Source: the human T2T-CHM13v2.0 reference genome, Homo sapiens
Length of the DNA stretch: 64,000 nucleotides
Assembly: GCF_009914755.1 (NCBI RefSeq)
Contig: NC_060939.1
Direction: 5' to 3' (one strand)
Part shown: one piece after another, positions 11,359 to 27,032 of the stretch
Numbering within the stretch: position 1 is the stretch's first letter
Layout: every line of letters starts with the position of its first letter
Translations under genes and position numbers: made by a program
The notes under the pieces: model-generated
What the model saw: only the letters and a program-made list of their open reading frames with translations
What the model was told of the DNA's origin: nothing
The model's database searches: none

Positions 11359-14300
11359 CAATCTTGAAAATCAAGTTATCCTTTATTTTTGCCAATTTGA
11401 AAGAAAATTTGAAAGAAGATGTTACAACATCTTATAGCAAACATTTTCAAACACACAGAGGAGTTGAAAGAATTATACAGTAAACAAATATATACTCACC
11501 ACCTAGATTCTATAGTTGTTAACGTTTTGCTGCATTTTAAAAATTTCATAGTTACCCACCTATCCATCCTTTTTATTTTTGGAATGCATTTCAAAGTAAG
11601 ACGCAAACATTAGTACACTTCACTTCAAAGCACTTCAGCGTGTGTATCATTAACTAGAATTCAATATTTGTTTACAGATTTCTTAAAAGGTAAAATTTAC
11701 ATGTAGTGAAATGTACAAATATTAAATGCATCATTTTGAGATTTTACAAATGTATATACCCTTGTAGCACTCAGAGTAATTTTCATTTATCTTCGTGAAT
11801 GAAGTTAAGCATCTTTGCATGTGTTTAAGATCCATTTGTCCTTCCTTTTTTGTGAACTCTCTGTTAATATCCTTTATCTATTTTTCTATTGGTTTTTTGG
11901 TATCTCTCCTTTTTGGCCTTGAAAGCAGAGAGTTGAAGTAAATATACTCATTTTATTTATTTTTATTTTAGTTTATTACTGTTTTTTTCTTTATCCCTGA
12001 TTCTTACTCTTATTTTCTCTTCCACTACCTAATTTTAGTCACTAGTATTAGCTTTCTAATTGTTTACGTTTGTTCTTTTAAATGTGTGTCAGTTTCTGTA
12101 ATTTGAATTGTCAACTTTAGATGTATATTTATTCCCAGCTGTAAGATATTAGGAAATTAGGGAGCTTATTTTAACTTTCACCTCCTTTTCCCATTCTCTT
12201 TCCATTGTCAGTTAGTTCTGTTATTTCTACACGGTTAGGGGATGTAACATTTATATGTTGTTTTTGCCCTTATGTCTACCTTAGTTTTCATTCTCAGTTT
12301 TACAGTGACATCTATTTAAGGCTTCCCACCAGTCCTTTGGCTGAAGTTTTTCTATCATCTCTTGTTTGGCTGTAGATTGTTGTCTACCATGTCCTTCAGG
12401 AAGAGGTCATGTGAATAATATTCCCCAAGGTCTTGTCTCCCTTGAAGGGAATGTATATTTTTCTCTGCCTGCCTTAAAGATTTTCTCCTTCTCTTTGGTT
12501 TTCAGCAGTTTTCCTGTGAATGTGCCTATGTGTGGTTTTCTCTGGATTTTCTTGCTTAGTGTTTGTACTACTTCTTGAATGTTACTTGATGTCAGCTTCT
12601 GAAAATTCTGGGCTCTTTCCCTTTTAAATATTCATCTGTCCCATTTTCTCTCTCTTCCCTTTCTGGTGCTCCAGATACACTTAGACCTTTTCACTGTGTC
12701 ACAATTTTATTTGTTATGCTTTTTTCCTGTTTTTTTTTTCTTTTTATGCTGTAGTCTGAATATTTTTATGAACTAACTTCAAGTTCATTAATCTTGTCTT
12801 TAACTATGTCCCATCAGCTATTAAATCTACCTATTCACATTTCCCTTCAGCCATACTTTTCAGTTTTAGAATTTCCATTTGATGCTTTAAAACAATTTCC
12901 AGCCCTCCAGTGCCATTTTCCACCTTGTCACTGATATCATAATTTTTTTGAAGTCCTTATTTGATAACTCGAATATCTAGGTCATCTGTGAGTTTGCTTC
13001 TATTGTTTATTTTTTCTTTTGGTTCAGTTTCTTGATATACCTGATAAACATTTCAGTGAGTTACTGAGCACTGATGTAAAACATTGTAGTAGCTCAGGGT
13101 GATGTTATTTTTCTGCAGAGAGGATTCACCATTTTCTCTGGTAAGCAACTATTGTGAAGCAGATCACCTCCATTCAATAAGGGGCTAAGCCCACTTCCGG
13201 TGGGGTTCACTTATTGTAAACAAGGCTGTGTCTATCTTTGGTTTGACAATATTCCTAGGGTGTTGCACTGTAGGGTTCCAAGTTGAGATCCTGGGATGTT
13301 TACTTGAGCTGTTCCTTTCTTGGCATATCTTAGATTCTAGCTTTTCTCCTTAGTGGCTTGAGATAGCTGAAAACTTCCTGGGGGAAATTATTCAGGATTA
13401 TCCAGCAACTGGTTTTTGATTCTGCGCTGTGGAATGCAAGTTGTGAAACTTAAGAACATTGGCCATTCATTAATAGCCACTCACAACTATGAGGCCAGGC
13501 TTGAGGATGAGGAAATAGGTGTTTGGTCAAAGTTCTGCTGTTCTTTTGCCCCGGGATTTTGAAAGACGTTCACTGCAGTATTGTAACAGTGAAAAACTGG
13601 GAACAAAATTAACTTCTGTCAATAAGGAATGGTTAAAACAGCCATGGTATATCTGTGTCATGGAATACTCTTACTTCACTGGAAACACACGTGTGCACAC
13701 ACACATATGCACATACACACAATAGAGGGCTAGAAATTTTGTTAAGTGAAAAAGTAAGTTGATGAGCAATATCACAAATATGATATCATTTATGTAAAAT
13801 AAAAAGAAACTATAAATTTTTTATGTACAATCTGCACATGCTGGGGGTGGAAGGTCAGTGCTCTCTACTCACTGCTAGATCAAGACCTGATCCTGCTTTA
13901 ATTGCTTTTTTTTGTTTGAGAAATTTAAGACCTAGAAAAGTACAAACAATACTATAACAAGTACTTACATTTCCATGATGCAGAATTTGCAATTATTATG
14001 TTATCGTTTTTGCATTGTCTTTTTTTAAAAAATAAATCCTTACATTGTAACTCCTAACCTATAGAACCATTCCTCACACCCTCTCCAGCAGTATCACCAT
14101 CATTAGTGTGGTATGCACTCTCCACTTTGGGCATCCACAAAACCTCTAGGATTCCTTGGACCATGCTTTGAAAACATGGATCTAACCCATCTCCCTCTAT
14201 TTCATAGATGAAGAGACTGAAGTGTAGGGGGAGGAGGACTTTTGCTCAGAGTCTCAGAGCAATAACACAGCAGAATTTGGAGAAGCCCATGTTTCCGACC

Positions 14301-16144
14301 CCATGCCTGTGCCCTGGGCCCTGCAGTGTGCATTCCACGTAGTCATTTAGCGGCTGCTAGAGAAAGTTGAATGTGCGAGGGATTCCTGCTCCCATGTTTC
14401 ACAGCAGGACTCAGCCTAGCCTCTCAAACCTTGATTCTGAAATCTCAGGCTCTGCCTTAAGATAATATCAGATAACTTCATACAGATTGCAGAGGTCAGA
14501 TCTCACAGGGATCACCTTGTGACCCTCCACTGTCTTGTCTGGAACTGGGATTGGGTCCTATAACCTGGTGACATATCCCAGGGGAGGATTATCACTGTCT
14601 CCTGGATCCTTCTGGGTGGGGTGAATGCCAAGAATGTGGACTCAAAAACCAGATTTGCTTTTCTGCCTTGCAGTTGGAATGTGCTCATTAACCTTAATTA
14701 CCAGGCAGGCATAAGTCCTATCCAACTCTGCTTTGAAGCAAGGACACATATCCAGGAGAGAAGGCAACACTGAACTCAGCTGTGGTTCCCTGGGAGCTGA
14801 GCTGCTGGCCTTCCCGGTGGCCAGCTCAGTGGGCCCCAGCATAACTGCATCATCCTTCAACACTGAGCCTGTACGAGCCAAGTGCTCCATCTGCCATGTT
14901 CTTGCAGCAGCTGGAGGTGGATTTGCTTCAGAGTCAGGGACTCTGACCTAGGCGAATGAGTGACCCTCAAAGAAAGTGGCCGCTGGGCTGACCCAGTGTA
15001 CTTGTCAAAGCGTGAAGGTGTAAGGTTGGGTTGTAGCAGATCCAAGTGGAAAAGAGTCCTGCCAAATGCTGTGAGAAAGCCATAGGACACGATGAAGAAT
15101 CCAAACATAGACCTGGAAACAAGCATCCGAATCAGGATTTTAGGAAAAAACTAGCAGCAAGGCAATCACAATTCAAAGGGTGCACAAATACAGGATTTAT
15201 GTACAAATTTGTGTACCACACCAGGGCTGGGAGTGAGGTGCTCAGGGAAGGCGCATATATTTGAATAATCTCACCCCGTTCTCTGTTTTACAGCTATGCC
15301 TTGGGCAAGCCTAATTTAGACTCACATGTATCTTTGGTAATTTATTAAAATGCCAATCAGGGCAATTTTTCATTTCAAAAATATGACACCTTATTTGTAC
15401 TTTTAAAGCATACATGTAACTATTAATCTAAATCAAACAAACTCAATTTTAAAAAGTTATAGAAGATTAGAAACCTACTCAATGCAGATAAGAAAATAAT
15501 GTCCTCAGCATTTTGGCTACATTTGAGGAATTTTGCCCCTGATCATCTGGTAATAGAAACACAGGCCTGGCCAGGCAGACCTTTTCTTCCACTGGCCTCT
15601 GAATCTCTCCAGATCCACCTGTTCGCCACCTCCTTAACGTTTTTTCTTTATTCTCTGGGGGCAAGGTGGGCATGAGACATAGCCAGGCTTGTTCTAGCCA
15701 GTCCACTGAAGTTTAGTATTAAGCATGGATACTAAATTAAATATTAATACTAGTAAGTATTGGTACTCATTAAATATTTTCCCCAAAATGTAAGACTCTT
15801 TCCACCTTCAATCTGCTTTATTTAAACCACAGTAAGCCAGAAGCTGTTTCTCTCTTTTGTGGCTTTCTCTTCCCTCTCGCAGCCAGAGAACTTGGCATGG
15901 GTAGGAAGAGAGGGACTTGCCTTTTCTGTCCCACATCTTGACTCTGCTTCTGCTGTGTCACCTTGTTCCCCTGGACCTGTATTTAATGAAATGATGAGAC
16001 AGTAGACGCTGTATAGTGTGCGGAGCTTTGTTATCTGTTTGGAGGATCTATGAAAGGCACCAGCTTAAGGCCATCCCTTGCCTGAACACTTCAGAATCAG
16101 CAGCCTCGCTTTCTATGCTGATGTATTTCCTTATTTCTGTACAT

Positions 16145-16510
16145 GTGTTTCTTAGTCCGCTCAGGCTGCCATAGCAAAATGCCACAGACTGGGTGGATTA
16201 AACAGTAGAAATTTATTTCCTCACAGATCTGGAGGCTGGAATTCCCAGGTCAGGGTCCAGTGGGGTTGGCTGCTCCCCAGGGCTCTCTTCCTGGCCTGCA
16301 GACGGCTGTCTTCTCACTGTGTGCCCACAAGACCTTTCCTAGGTAGGTGAGTCTTCTTGTAAAGCCACCAATTTGATTTGATTGGGACCCCACCTTATGA
16401 CTCATGTAACCTTAATTACCTCCTAAAAGCCCTATCTTCAGATACAGTCACATCGGGGGTTAGAGGTTCATGAGTTTGGAGGAGGAGGGAACAAAATTCG
16501 GTCCATAGCA
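16145..16510 (-). mobile_element. MaLR LTR (MLT1A/B-like)
   Basis: 'cttagtcc.ctcaggctgccatagcaaaat.ccacagactgggtgg.ttaaac...tttattt..tcacag.tctggaggctgg' through 'ggtccatagca'. Confidence 0.8.
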
Positions 16511-17399
16511 ATGAGATCCTCGAGGACAGAGTCTGAGTCTGCTGAGGGGCACTGCCTCTGTGGAGCCAGGCCAGGCCCACACCTGTTAGGCCGGCTCACA
16601 GTAAATGCCAGAAGGTGAGAGCCAGTTCCTGGCTGGTGCCCACCAGCTCCTGAAAATAGGAAGATGAAGGGACTGAGAGAGCACGCCACTTCTCACTGTG
16701 GGGATAAACAGTACGCTGCAGCGACATTATAAATTCACTCAGGGTAAGAAGAATCCGAGTTGACCATGTGCAATCATCAGCTGGTTCTATAAATAGAAGT
16801 GCAGCCATTATGAAAGGTGACCTGTCAGAATCACTTCCCCAAACTGACAAATGGGTTAAATGGATGGCATTTGCTCAGGACAGAGAAGATGTTCAGTGTC
16901 CTAACCCCTCACCAATCACATTGTTCTGTGGGACTGCACTTGGTGGCCTCACTCCTCTACCAGAACAATTAACAGGCCTGTCAGGGGGAGGTGATGAGTA
17001 TATGTTAACAGATAATTAAAACGATGACAATCAGCAGGGCGGGGGAGAGGATGGGATTAATGGAATACTGTGTTTAAGACTTGTTATCTTCCGATATGTA
17101 AACACCCCCATCCTCTAAGAAAACTCCCAGAGCAAGGAGGCAGTATGAGCTAACACCATTTTAGATAAAAGTAAGAAAAGAAGGGTATTTCTGCCGAGAG
17201 AATGCATTGTTATTACTTCATAATTCTAAGAACCACCATACCAATTCTGCTGAATTATGTTACGATAATGCTGATGCTGTTGGTCTCACTCAGATCTCCT
17301 GGATTCCCTTTACCATTTGGTATGCACAGCACCCAGGCTCTGAATGTTTTTTATTCTTTTTCTTATAGCAGGTCACACTTACAACTCCGTAGAAGACTA

Positions 17400-17760
17400 T
17401 CCTTAGACTACTAGAGCTGCTTCACCCATGTGTATAGAGAGCTGGAAGTGCCTGGGAGTTAGGAGTTATGTTACCCTGGGGTGGCCCATAGCTAATGGCT
17501 AACTTGTGCAGGAGTATGAAAGTCTAGCTCACTAGTCCTGAGGGAGGAAAAACTCTGTTGTGTAATTTACACTACAGAGCACCACAGGATCAGGCTGAGA
17601 CTTGCCCTTCATCTGAAATTGCACCCTTGCTGGGCTTCTTTCCCTTCTAGCCCTGCTTCCTCCAGTCCCGTGTCAGTTTCTCCTAGGAGCCCTTCCCAAA
17701 TAAATCCTTGCACATGAATCACTGCCTCAGAGTCTGCTTTGGGGTAACCTGATCCAAGGT
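17400..17760 (+). mobile_element. ERVL-type LTR fragment (MER68/MER77-like)
   Basis: 'aataaatccttgcacatgaatc...ctcagagtctgctt.gggg.aacc' 3' LTR motif. Confidence 0.5.
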
Positions 17761-18329
17761 AGATGAATATCAGTTTTCTGTATTTATTCCATACTTTTAA
17801 ATTCAAGATATCAAACTTCCACTGAAAGCCACAACAGGAAACATAGTATGTTTTGGATATTCAATGTTAAATCAGACCTAGTCCTTACCCTCAAGGATTC
17901 TCTGCATATCTGGGTTGCAAAAGATGCTAAAATTAGGATATTCACTGTTGGGAAAGTATGCTCTGGAGAGAAAGCCAAAGGTGGGACTGGACAATCTTTT
18001 GCTAATGCTGTAAAACTTAGATGTGTCACTCGCAGATCCCCTCAGCCATCTCAGCAGAAGTTAGAAATAGAGATACAGTTATCCAGAAAAAAATATTGGA
18101 AAACTCTCTGGTCTGAAGGACTAAATCACCACGACATATATGGGAGATCCGCAAAAATTTTTCAAATGTTATATCAGCAGAAACACTGCCAGCTTGGATT
18201 AAAAGGGACAGAGACAAAATGAAATAAAAAAAAGCTGTTGGACTCCCAAAATTCTACAGGCAGAAAACATACTGATAAAACTAACCAGCTAAAAATATGT
18301 GCTACCCTTCAGGAAAAAAGGGAGGATGA

Positions 18330-19065
18330 CTCTGAGGGAAGAGCTGTGGCCAAGAGGGCAGAGCTGTGGGCAGAAAGGGTGGAGCCTTCAAAAATAGAGG
18401 ATTATTCAGGCTTTGGAAACCAATGGAGTTTTTCTGGTTGGATTTTGAGATTTCTTGGGACTATGATTCTTTTCTTCCTTCTGTTTTTTTTCTCTTTTGA
18501 AATGAGAATGCATGTAACTGTTATCCTATGCTTGTCCCATGATTTTCAGAGCAGATAACTTGTCTTCCAGGTCCACAGATGGAGAGGAATTTTGTCCCAG
18601 GGTGGATCATAGCCAGAGTCTCACACATATCTAATTTAGATGATCTAGATTATGAGATTTTGGACTTTAATGCTATAATGGGTTGAGGCTTTGGAGTAAT
18701 GTTGGAATGAGGTGAATATATGTAGCATAGGCATGAATCTTTGGGGGCCAAAGAGTGGCCAATGGTAGGTTGAATAATGGCCTCCCAGAAGTTCACCATA
18801 TAATCCTTGGAACTTGTGAATGTTACCTTATATGGCAAAAAGGACCGTGCAGATGTGATTAAGTTAAGGGTGTTGGGATTGGGGGAATTATCCTGAGTTG
18901 TCTGGGTGGGCCCTAGATGTAATCAGAAGTGTCCTTATAAGAGAGAGGCAGTGGGAAATTTGACTATAGGAGAGGAGAAGGCAATGTGACCCACAGAAGC
19001 AGAGACTGTAATGATGTGGCCAGGGGCCAAGGAATGCTGGCAGTGACTAAGAGTAGAAGGAGCAA
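18330..19065 (+). mobile_element. MLT1 internal 3' end plus MLT1C/D-like LTR (LTR from ~18762)
   Basis: 'tggtaggttgaataatggcc...ggaacttgtgaatgttaccttatatggcaaaa...gcagatgtgattaagttaagg'. Confidence 0.75.
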
Positions 19066-19079
19066 GGATAAGAAAAATC

Positions 19080-20530
19080 TAAAGACGTAAAGAGAAAGAA
19101 ACAACAGGTTATCCACATAGGGGAAGAAAATTATGTTAACAGGCTAGCATAGGAGTCTCCTCTATAACAATGAACACCTGAGGACGAGGAGCAACATCTT
19201 TAGGATTTTGAAGGGGGAGATTATAAATAATACATTCTATATTCGGTGGTACTATTCAGCTGTGACAGCAACAGAAAGACATTTTCAGACATTAAAGAAT
19301 TGTATATACTTGTCTGAGATACGCAAAAACCTTTCTAGCAATAAAAAATTGCTTGAAGAGTTACCTCTACCACTAAGAGACGAATCAAAGTGAATAAATG
19401 AAGGGAGGAAAAGGCATATAGAGAATAATGAGAATAATAAAACTGGTAAGGCAATAACCTACTGTGTTTATATAGGTATAAAACAATATAAACATTAAAA
19501 ACAATTTTTGAAAAAAATTACCTATCGTAAGAGCTTTATAATAATAATTTGTACCTATGAGCCCATAGTATTTCAATAAAAATTAGTGGGAAAAGGTAGA
19601 AGGAAATGAAAGTACAATACATTTTTCACATTATTGGATAATGTCAATAAATATTATTTTATTTTAATATTGATAGAAAAGTGTAAATTCAGATATGTGT
19701 TTGAACATTTAAAGATAACATTTAAAGATAACATTTAAAGATATTCAAAATTTGAATAATACAATTAATTAGCTGAATAAATGTTTTTATTACTGGGAGG
19801 GAATAGACATTGTTTTCAAATGTTTGTGGAATATTTACAAAAATTGATTTCCAAAGGAGACATCCACAAATTTTAAAAAGTAAAAATTCTGCAGACTGCA
19901 TTTTTGACCACAAAGTAGTAAACAAAACAACAAACCAACAAGCTTCTTGATTTAAATAACATTAAAAAAAATTATTGAGTCAATGAGAAAATTAAGCTGT
20001 AATTACAGAAGATTTAGAAAATTACTATAATGAGAATACTTCCTATTAAAACTTATGGGGTGAGGTGAGTGACAGCTGTTTACTACACTTAGGGGCAAAA
20101 TCATAACTCTCATCACTGAACAAAGGGAATTAAATGTAGTGAAACAAGGAATCAACTTAGGAAGTTGTATAAACAGCATGAAGAAAATCCAGAAGATGAG
20201 ATTAGTATAGTTAAAAGTGGAAATTAATAATTCACAAAACACAAAATCAACACAGTTAAAAATAAACCCTAGAGCAAGTTCTTTAAAATAGTTTGAACCT
20301 GGGCAAACTTCTGGCAAGTTTAACCTGGTTAAAAAGAGAAAAGGCAAATGCACACCATTAGGAATGAGAAACAGGATATAACCACAGATGCTATACAAAG
20401 GAGATCAAAAATATAATGAGGCAGTACTATGAAAACTCTGCCATTACATTGGAAAACTTCAAAGATATGGATGTTTTCCAGAAAAATGTAAATAGTTAAA
20501 ATTGGCTCAAAATGAAATAGAAAACCCAAA
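19080..20530 (+). mobile_element. Old L1M ORF1/ORF2 fragments
   Basis: A-rich, with L1 ORF2-like decayed text ('tgaccacaa..gaat', 'gatataaccacagat', 'ggaaaacttcaaagatatggatg..ttcc..gaaaaat'). Confidence 0.65.
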
Positions 20531-22013
20531 TTAAACAATCTCCATGGGGTGTCTGTCAAGAGTGTTTACTTGGCCCAAGTTGGGCTCCAGTCCAGCAGCC
20601 AGACCAAGGCCAAGTCCATGAAGCCACCCAATGTTGTCCAGCACATAATGACCTACGCTTGAAACTCCTCCATATTGGGGGTACCATTTCTTCTTCTGAG
20701 AGCTGGGGGAATCGTGTTGGCCACCATTGGAGTTCCTCCTTGCCCCTTTGGGGTACAAACACATTTCCTGTTAGTACTTCCATTGAACAGCTCAAACTCC
20801 AATATTGACTATTTTGAATGTGTTTATGATGAAAGAAGTCCCCAAGGTGCTTATTTATGACCAAAGAGCCGGTTTATTCATGCCTTCCAGAGGGTATGTC
20901 TCCTCTCCTTGAGGACAAAGGATGTCACATCACCAAGAGAAGGTGATTAGGAAGTCTATTCCAGTCCCTGCCACAGTGGCTCTGCATGGGTGGTCCTTCA
21001 AGGTGTGGGAAGGGGGCTTCCTGGTCTTCCTCAGCTCTTTGTCAAGAGTTCCAATGTCACAGCTTTTTAGATTTGTTGTCTCATATAGGGCACATTCCTG
21101 GGGCATTATCTGGCCTCCAGGATGGCTGGATTGGAAACTGTCCTAGGATCCACAGCATTAGGGATTCAGAACCATTCCTCTCTTAAGAGCCCAACTCAGC
21201 AGTGGCCCGCCCCAAGCCTAATGCTTTTTATCTCCAAGATGATTTCATTCCAGGGGCTTCGTTGCTCTTTCCTCCCTCTGGACGTTGCTTAGGGGAGACT
21301 GGGCTACTGAAGCCGATTTCTGCAACTTCAATCTTGGGAAGAAGTGGGTGGAGTCTCAATCACTTCCCACTTTCAAGGGTCCTGGGGGCCTCATACAAAT
21401 GTGCGGCCTCTCCCCAGCATCTTCCAAGGTCTGCTCATTAGTAGTTTTTCTCCCAGAAAGATATGTTAGCTATGTTAGATTTCCACCTTGTTGAACATTC
21501 TATGTTAACTGTGTTGACACGGAATATTCAACAATTCACAAAATGGCATTTAAAGATGTTTGTCTTTATCTCATCTTTCAATTGGAAAACTCTGAAGATC
21601 ATGTCCCCGTTCTCCAGGGCTGGGGCGGCACCAAGCTGCATCAACCATATGTTTTCTGGCTCTACTCCTGCTGGACATATGGCAAAAGGGAACACTTCCT
21701 ATTGATAGTATTTCCCCTAAATTAATGCAAATCCCCTCTGCGCAGCTACATAAATTGATTTTCTGTGTTTGAAGGGTAAACTGACATACGCTCAAAGTTT
21801 TGCAAACTAGGGAAGAGAGGTTTCTTTTCCAAAGAACACATTTCATTTGTTTACAGCCATGAATTGAGATGTTCGCATTTCCTTCCTACAAATTTGACAA
21901 CTGTTACATAGCAGCAGGGGGACCAACAAACTGTCATTTACTTTGCTGCAATAGCAAAAGTAATTTGAGCCTTGTTTATGGATCATCATTTAATATAGAA
22001 ACAGAAGTGATGA

Positions 22014-22358
<345 letters not shown>

Positions 22359-22916
22359 CCTTCCATTATTTTAGAGTTTGATGGACTAAGGCTCAGATAG
22401 GGCAAATGATTTGATCAAAGATTCTTCTTATATGGACCAGAACTCTTGAGTTCTAGTCACTGGTGTGTGCAGCGACTTGACACTATCCATGATAGTGGCA
22501 ACTAAATCTCTGCTTTCCTTGAATTGGTTCCAACAGCAGAAGGTAGGCTCTAGTGCCAGGACACAAGGGAAAAAACATTCATCTTGGGGTTTTTCTATGC
22601 CAATTGCAAGCTGAACCTCACTTCTGCTGTGGGTTGAATAGCAACATATCAAGCCTTGGGGAGTTAAAAAAAATGTCTAGGAAACTGACAAAACTCCCAC
22701 ATGAGTTTGCTTCTTTGTCTACAAATAGATATCTTAATATAGAACCAATTTTACATCCTGAAATAGATCCTACTTTGTATACTATTTTCTAATACACTGT
22801 CAGATTCAAATGTTAATATTTTATTTAGGATTCTTACAACAATTACTAAGTAAAATGGAATCTATTTTTTTGTACTATTTTGTTAATTTTGTGTCAAGGT
22901 TGTGCTAATTTCTTAG

Positions 22917-23388
<472 letters not shown>

Positions 23389-23595
23389 TGATGGTAAATA
23401 TTTTTCAATTTCTTCTATGGATGCCGATGTATTTAGATTTTCTACCTTTTCTTATAGGAATCTGGGAAATGTATAACTTCTTGGGAAATTGTCCATATTA
23501 TGTATTCAACTTCAGTGATAGAAAATTGTATGTAGTATTCTCATTACTGTTTGGTATCCTTCTTGGCTGTAATTATCTGCTTATTAGTATATGTA

Positions 23596-23886
<291 letters not shown>

Positions 23887-24382
23887 TATTTGCTTATTTC
23901 TTATTGCATATATTATTTATTTGTGTTTTCTCTTGGTTAGGCTTTCCAGAACTTTCTGCATTTTGTTGATGTTTTAAAAGTATTGATATTACAGATCAAT
24001 TGTATGCTTTCCTTGCTTTCCAATGAATTGTTTTCTTATTATTTATTTTACCTTTCTTCTCAATATTATATATATATATTTTCCGTTGATATTTTATTTG
24101 AAATAGTTAAACATGTACAAAATCTGAGAGAGTGTCTGTATATCTACTATCCAACTTTAACCAATATTAGTATTTCACCCTGCTTGTTTCCTTTTTAAAA
24201 AGGAAAGATATTACAGATGTAAGCGAAGCCCAGTATGTATTTGAACTAGATCCCACTCTCCACTTTCCTTCACCAGAGGTGAGTACCCTCCTGAAGTTGT
24301 GGATCATTCCTATGCATATTTTTATATTTTTATTATATAAGAAGAATATATTCATACACCATACTGAGTGTTATTTTCTGTG

Positions 24383-24693
24383 ATTTTTTTTTTTTTTTGA
24401 GACAGGGTCTTGTGCTGTCGCCCAGGCTGGGGTGCAGTGGTGTCATCATAGCTCACTTCAGCCTCTGCCTCCCAGGCTCAAGGGACCCACCCACTCAGTG
24501 TCCGTAGTAGCTGGGACTACAGGTGCGCACTACCACTCCCAGCTAATTTTTTTTTTTTTTTGTATTTTTTTTGGTAGAGTGAGGGTCTCACTACGTTGCC
24601 CAGGCTGGTCTCAAACTCCTGGGCTCAAGCAATCCTCCTACCTCGGCCTCCCAAAGTACTTGGGATTACAGGCATAAGCCACTGTGCCCAGCC
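24383..24693 (-). mobile_element. AluJ with TSD tattttctgtg
   Basis: Alu dimer with flanking duplication. Confidence 0.9.
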
Positions 24694-25547
24694 TATTTTC
24701 TGTGGTTTTTAAAACTTTAAATATTATTGAGTATGTATCATCTTGCTACTGGCTTTTTCATTCAACTCGATGACTTTGAGACTTTTCCTCATGCCAATAC
24801 ATGTAACTTTGTTTCTTTCTTTTCCACTACTGCATAGTATTCTGTGGTTGGAACAAGGTTTGTTCACTGCTCATTTCTTCTCCAACTAATGGGCTTTTAT
24901 GTTATTTCAAAATTTTAAATTATAAAAACAATTCTTCAGTGAACATTCCTATACAGGTACACTTAGGTGAAGATTTTTCTAGGCTATGTTAATTGGTATG
25001 ATTCCTGAGTTGTAGAATAGGCATATCTCTAACTTTATTAGACATTGCCAATTTTTCCTCCCAAGTGGTTATTCCTAATCTCACAGTCACCAGCAGTACC
25101 TGGGAGCTCCTGCCACTTCATACCCTTGGCATGAGCTGGTATTATCAGATGTGAATTTCTGCCATCATGGGGTGTGTGAATGGTATGTCATTATGGATTT
25201 AATTTGCATTCCTCTGCTTTCTAATGATGTGGTGCATCTTTTTATAATTTTATTGGGCATTTAGTTTTCCTCTTTATAAATTACTATGTTAATTTTCTCT
25301 TTCTCGTTTGTCTTTTAGGCTTTATCTTTATTCTAAATATCATTTCTTCGCTGGTCTTGTGCTTTGCCATTCTGCAATCCCTCCCGCCCCGCAATCTGTG
25401 GCTTGTTTTTCAAATTTGTTCTTAGAATCCTATTTGTTCAGATGTTTCGAATTTTAATGTAGTAAGCCACATTAATCTTTTCTTTTATAATTTTTGCTTT
25501 TTGTGACTTCTTAAATCCTTTCCTGTCCTGATGTCAAATATACTCTC

Positions 25548-25594
<47 letters not shown>

Positions 25595-25628
25595 ATCTAT
25601 CTATCTATCTATTTATCTATCTATCTAT
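25548..25628. repeat. (TATC)n/(GATA)n tetranucleotide STR, interrupted
   Basis: About 20 units with TATCATCT and TATT interruptions. Confidence 0.95.
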
Positions 25629-26329
25629 ATTAGAATTCTACAACTTTGTTTTTCACATTTAGGTTTATAATCCATCTGAGATAGTTTTTTTCATGTGGGG
25701 GGTTTATATTTATGTCTCCCTATAGGGATAAACAATTGTCTCATCCCTATTTATTGACGAATCTGTCTTCTCCCAGGGATTTGTAATGCCACTTCTAGTT
25801 TCCATCTACATGAGTTCATTTCTGGGCTCTCTATCCTTTTGAATTTGTTTATTGTCTATCTCTGCCAATACCATACTGTGTTAAATTGCATTAAGTGGCT
25901 TTATAATACATCTTGTTATATGCTACTCCAACTTCTCCACCTTGTAGTTTTTATTCCAGAGTGCCTTGACTCCTTACACTTTTATATATTAGGATCACCT
26001 TGTTGAGTTCATGAAAAACTCTGTTAGGGTGTTGATTGCGATTACATTGCATTTATGATTTAATTAATAATGAATTATCATCTTTATGATATTGAGTCTT
26101 CCCATTTGTGATAAAGGTATTCAGACTTTCATTCATGTCCGTTAATCATGTGTTATAATTTTCCCCATGGGAAAACACATTTTCTGTTTGTTTATTTCTA
26201 GGTATTTTGTGGTTTATAGTATTGATTTTTTTTTACACCTTATAATTAGTTATTGTTGGTATGGAAGAACAATATAAGTTTTTATGTATGAATTTTAAAT
26301 CCAGAAAATTTACTGAGCTCTATTATTAA

Positions 26330-26647
<318 letters not shown>

Positions 26648-26872
26648 TCTATTATTAATTTATTTGTTAGAAGATTTAGATTTAGAAAATCATAATGCCC
26701 GCCAAGAACAGTTTTGTCCCTTTCTTTGCACATTGCCACTTTTTTCATTTCCTGTTGAATTGGCTCAGACCACAAGTGAAATAGTGAATAGTAGGGATGA
26801 TAAAGGGCATCCTTGTCTTGTTCTTTATTGTAAAGAAATATTACTAATCTTTCATTATAAAAATGATTTGTT

Positions 26873-27032
26873 TGGACTCGACATGGTGGCACGTGCCTTA
26901 AATCTCAGTGCTTTTGGAGGCTGAGATGGGAGGATCACTAGAGCCGAGGTGTTCCAGGCTGCAGTGAGGTATGATAGCGCCCCTGCACTCCAGCCTGGGC
27001 GACAGAGAGAGACCCTGGCTCTAAAAATAAAA
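26873..27032 (+). mobile_element. Free Alu monomer (FLAM/FRAM)
   Basis: Single Alu arm with an A tail. Confidence 0.8.

Noticed and set aside
15712-15736. TTTAGTAT...ATACTAAA inverted repeat
   Set aside because: Only 8 AT-rich bp; expected by chance.
20540-21870. Possible processed pseudogene in a unique-looking block after the L1
   Set aside because: No recognisable protein similarity in any frame, and no poly(A) tail or TSD seen.
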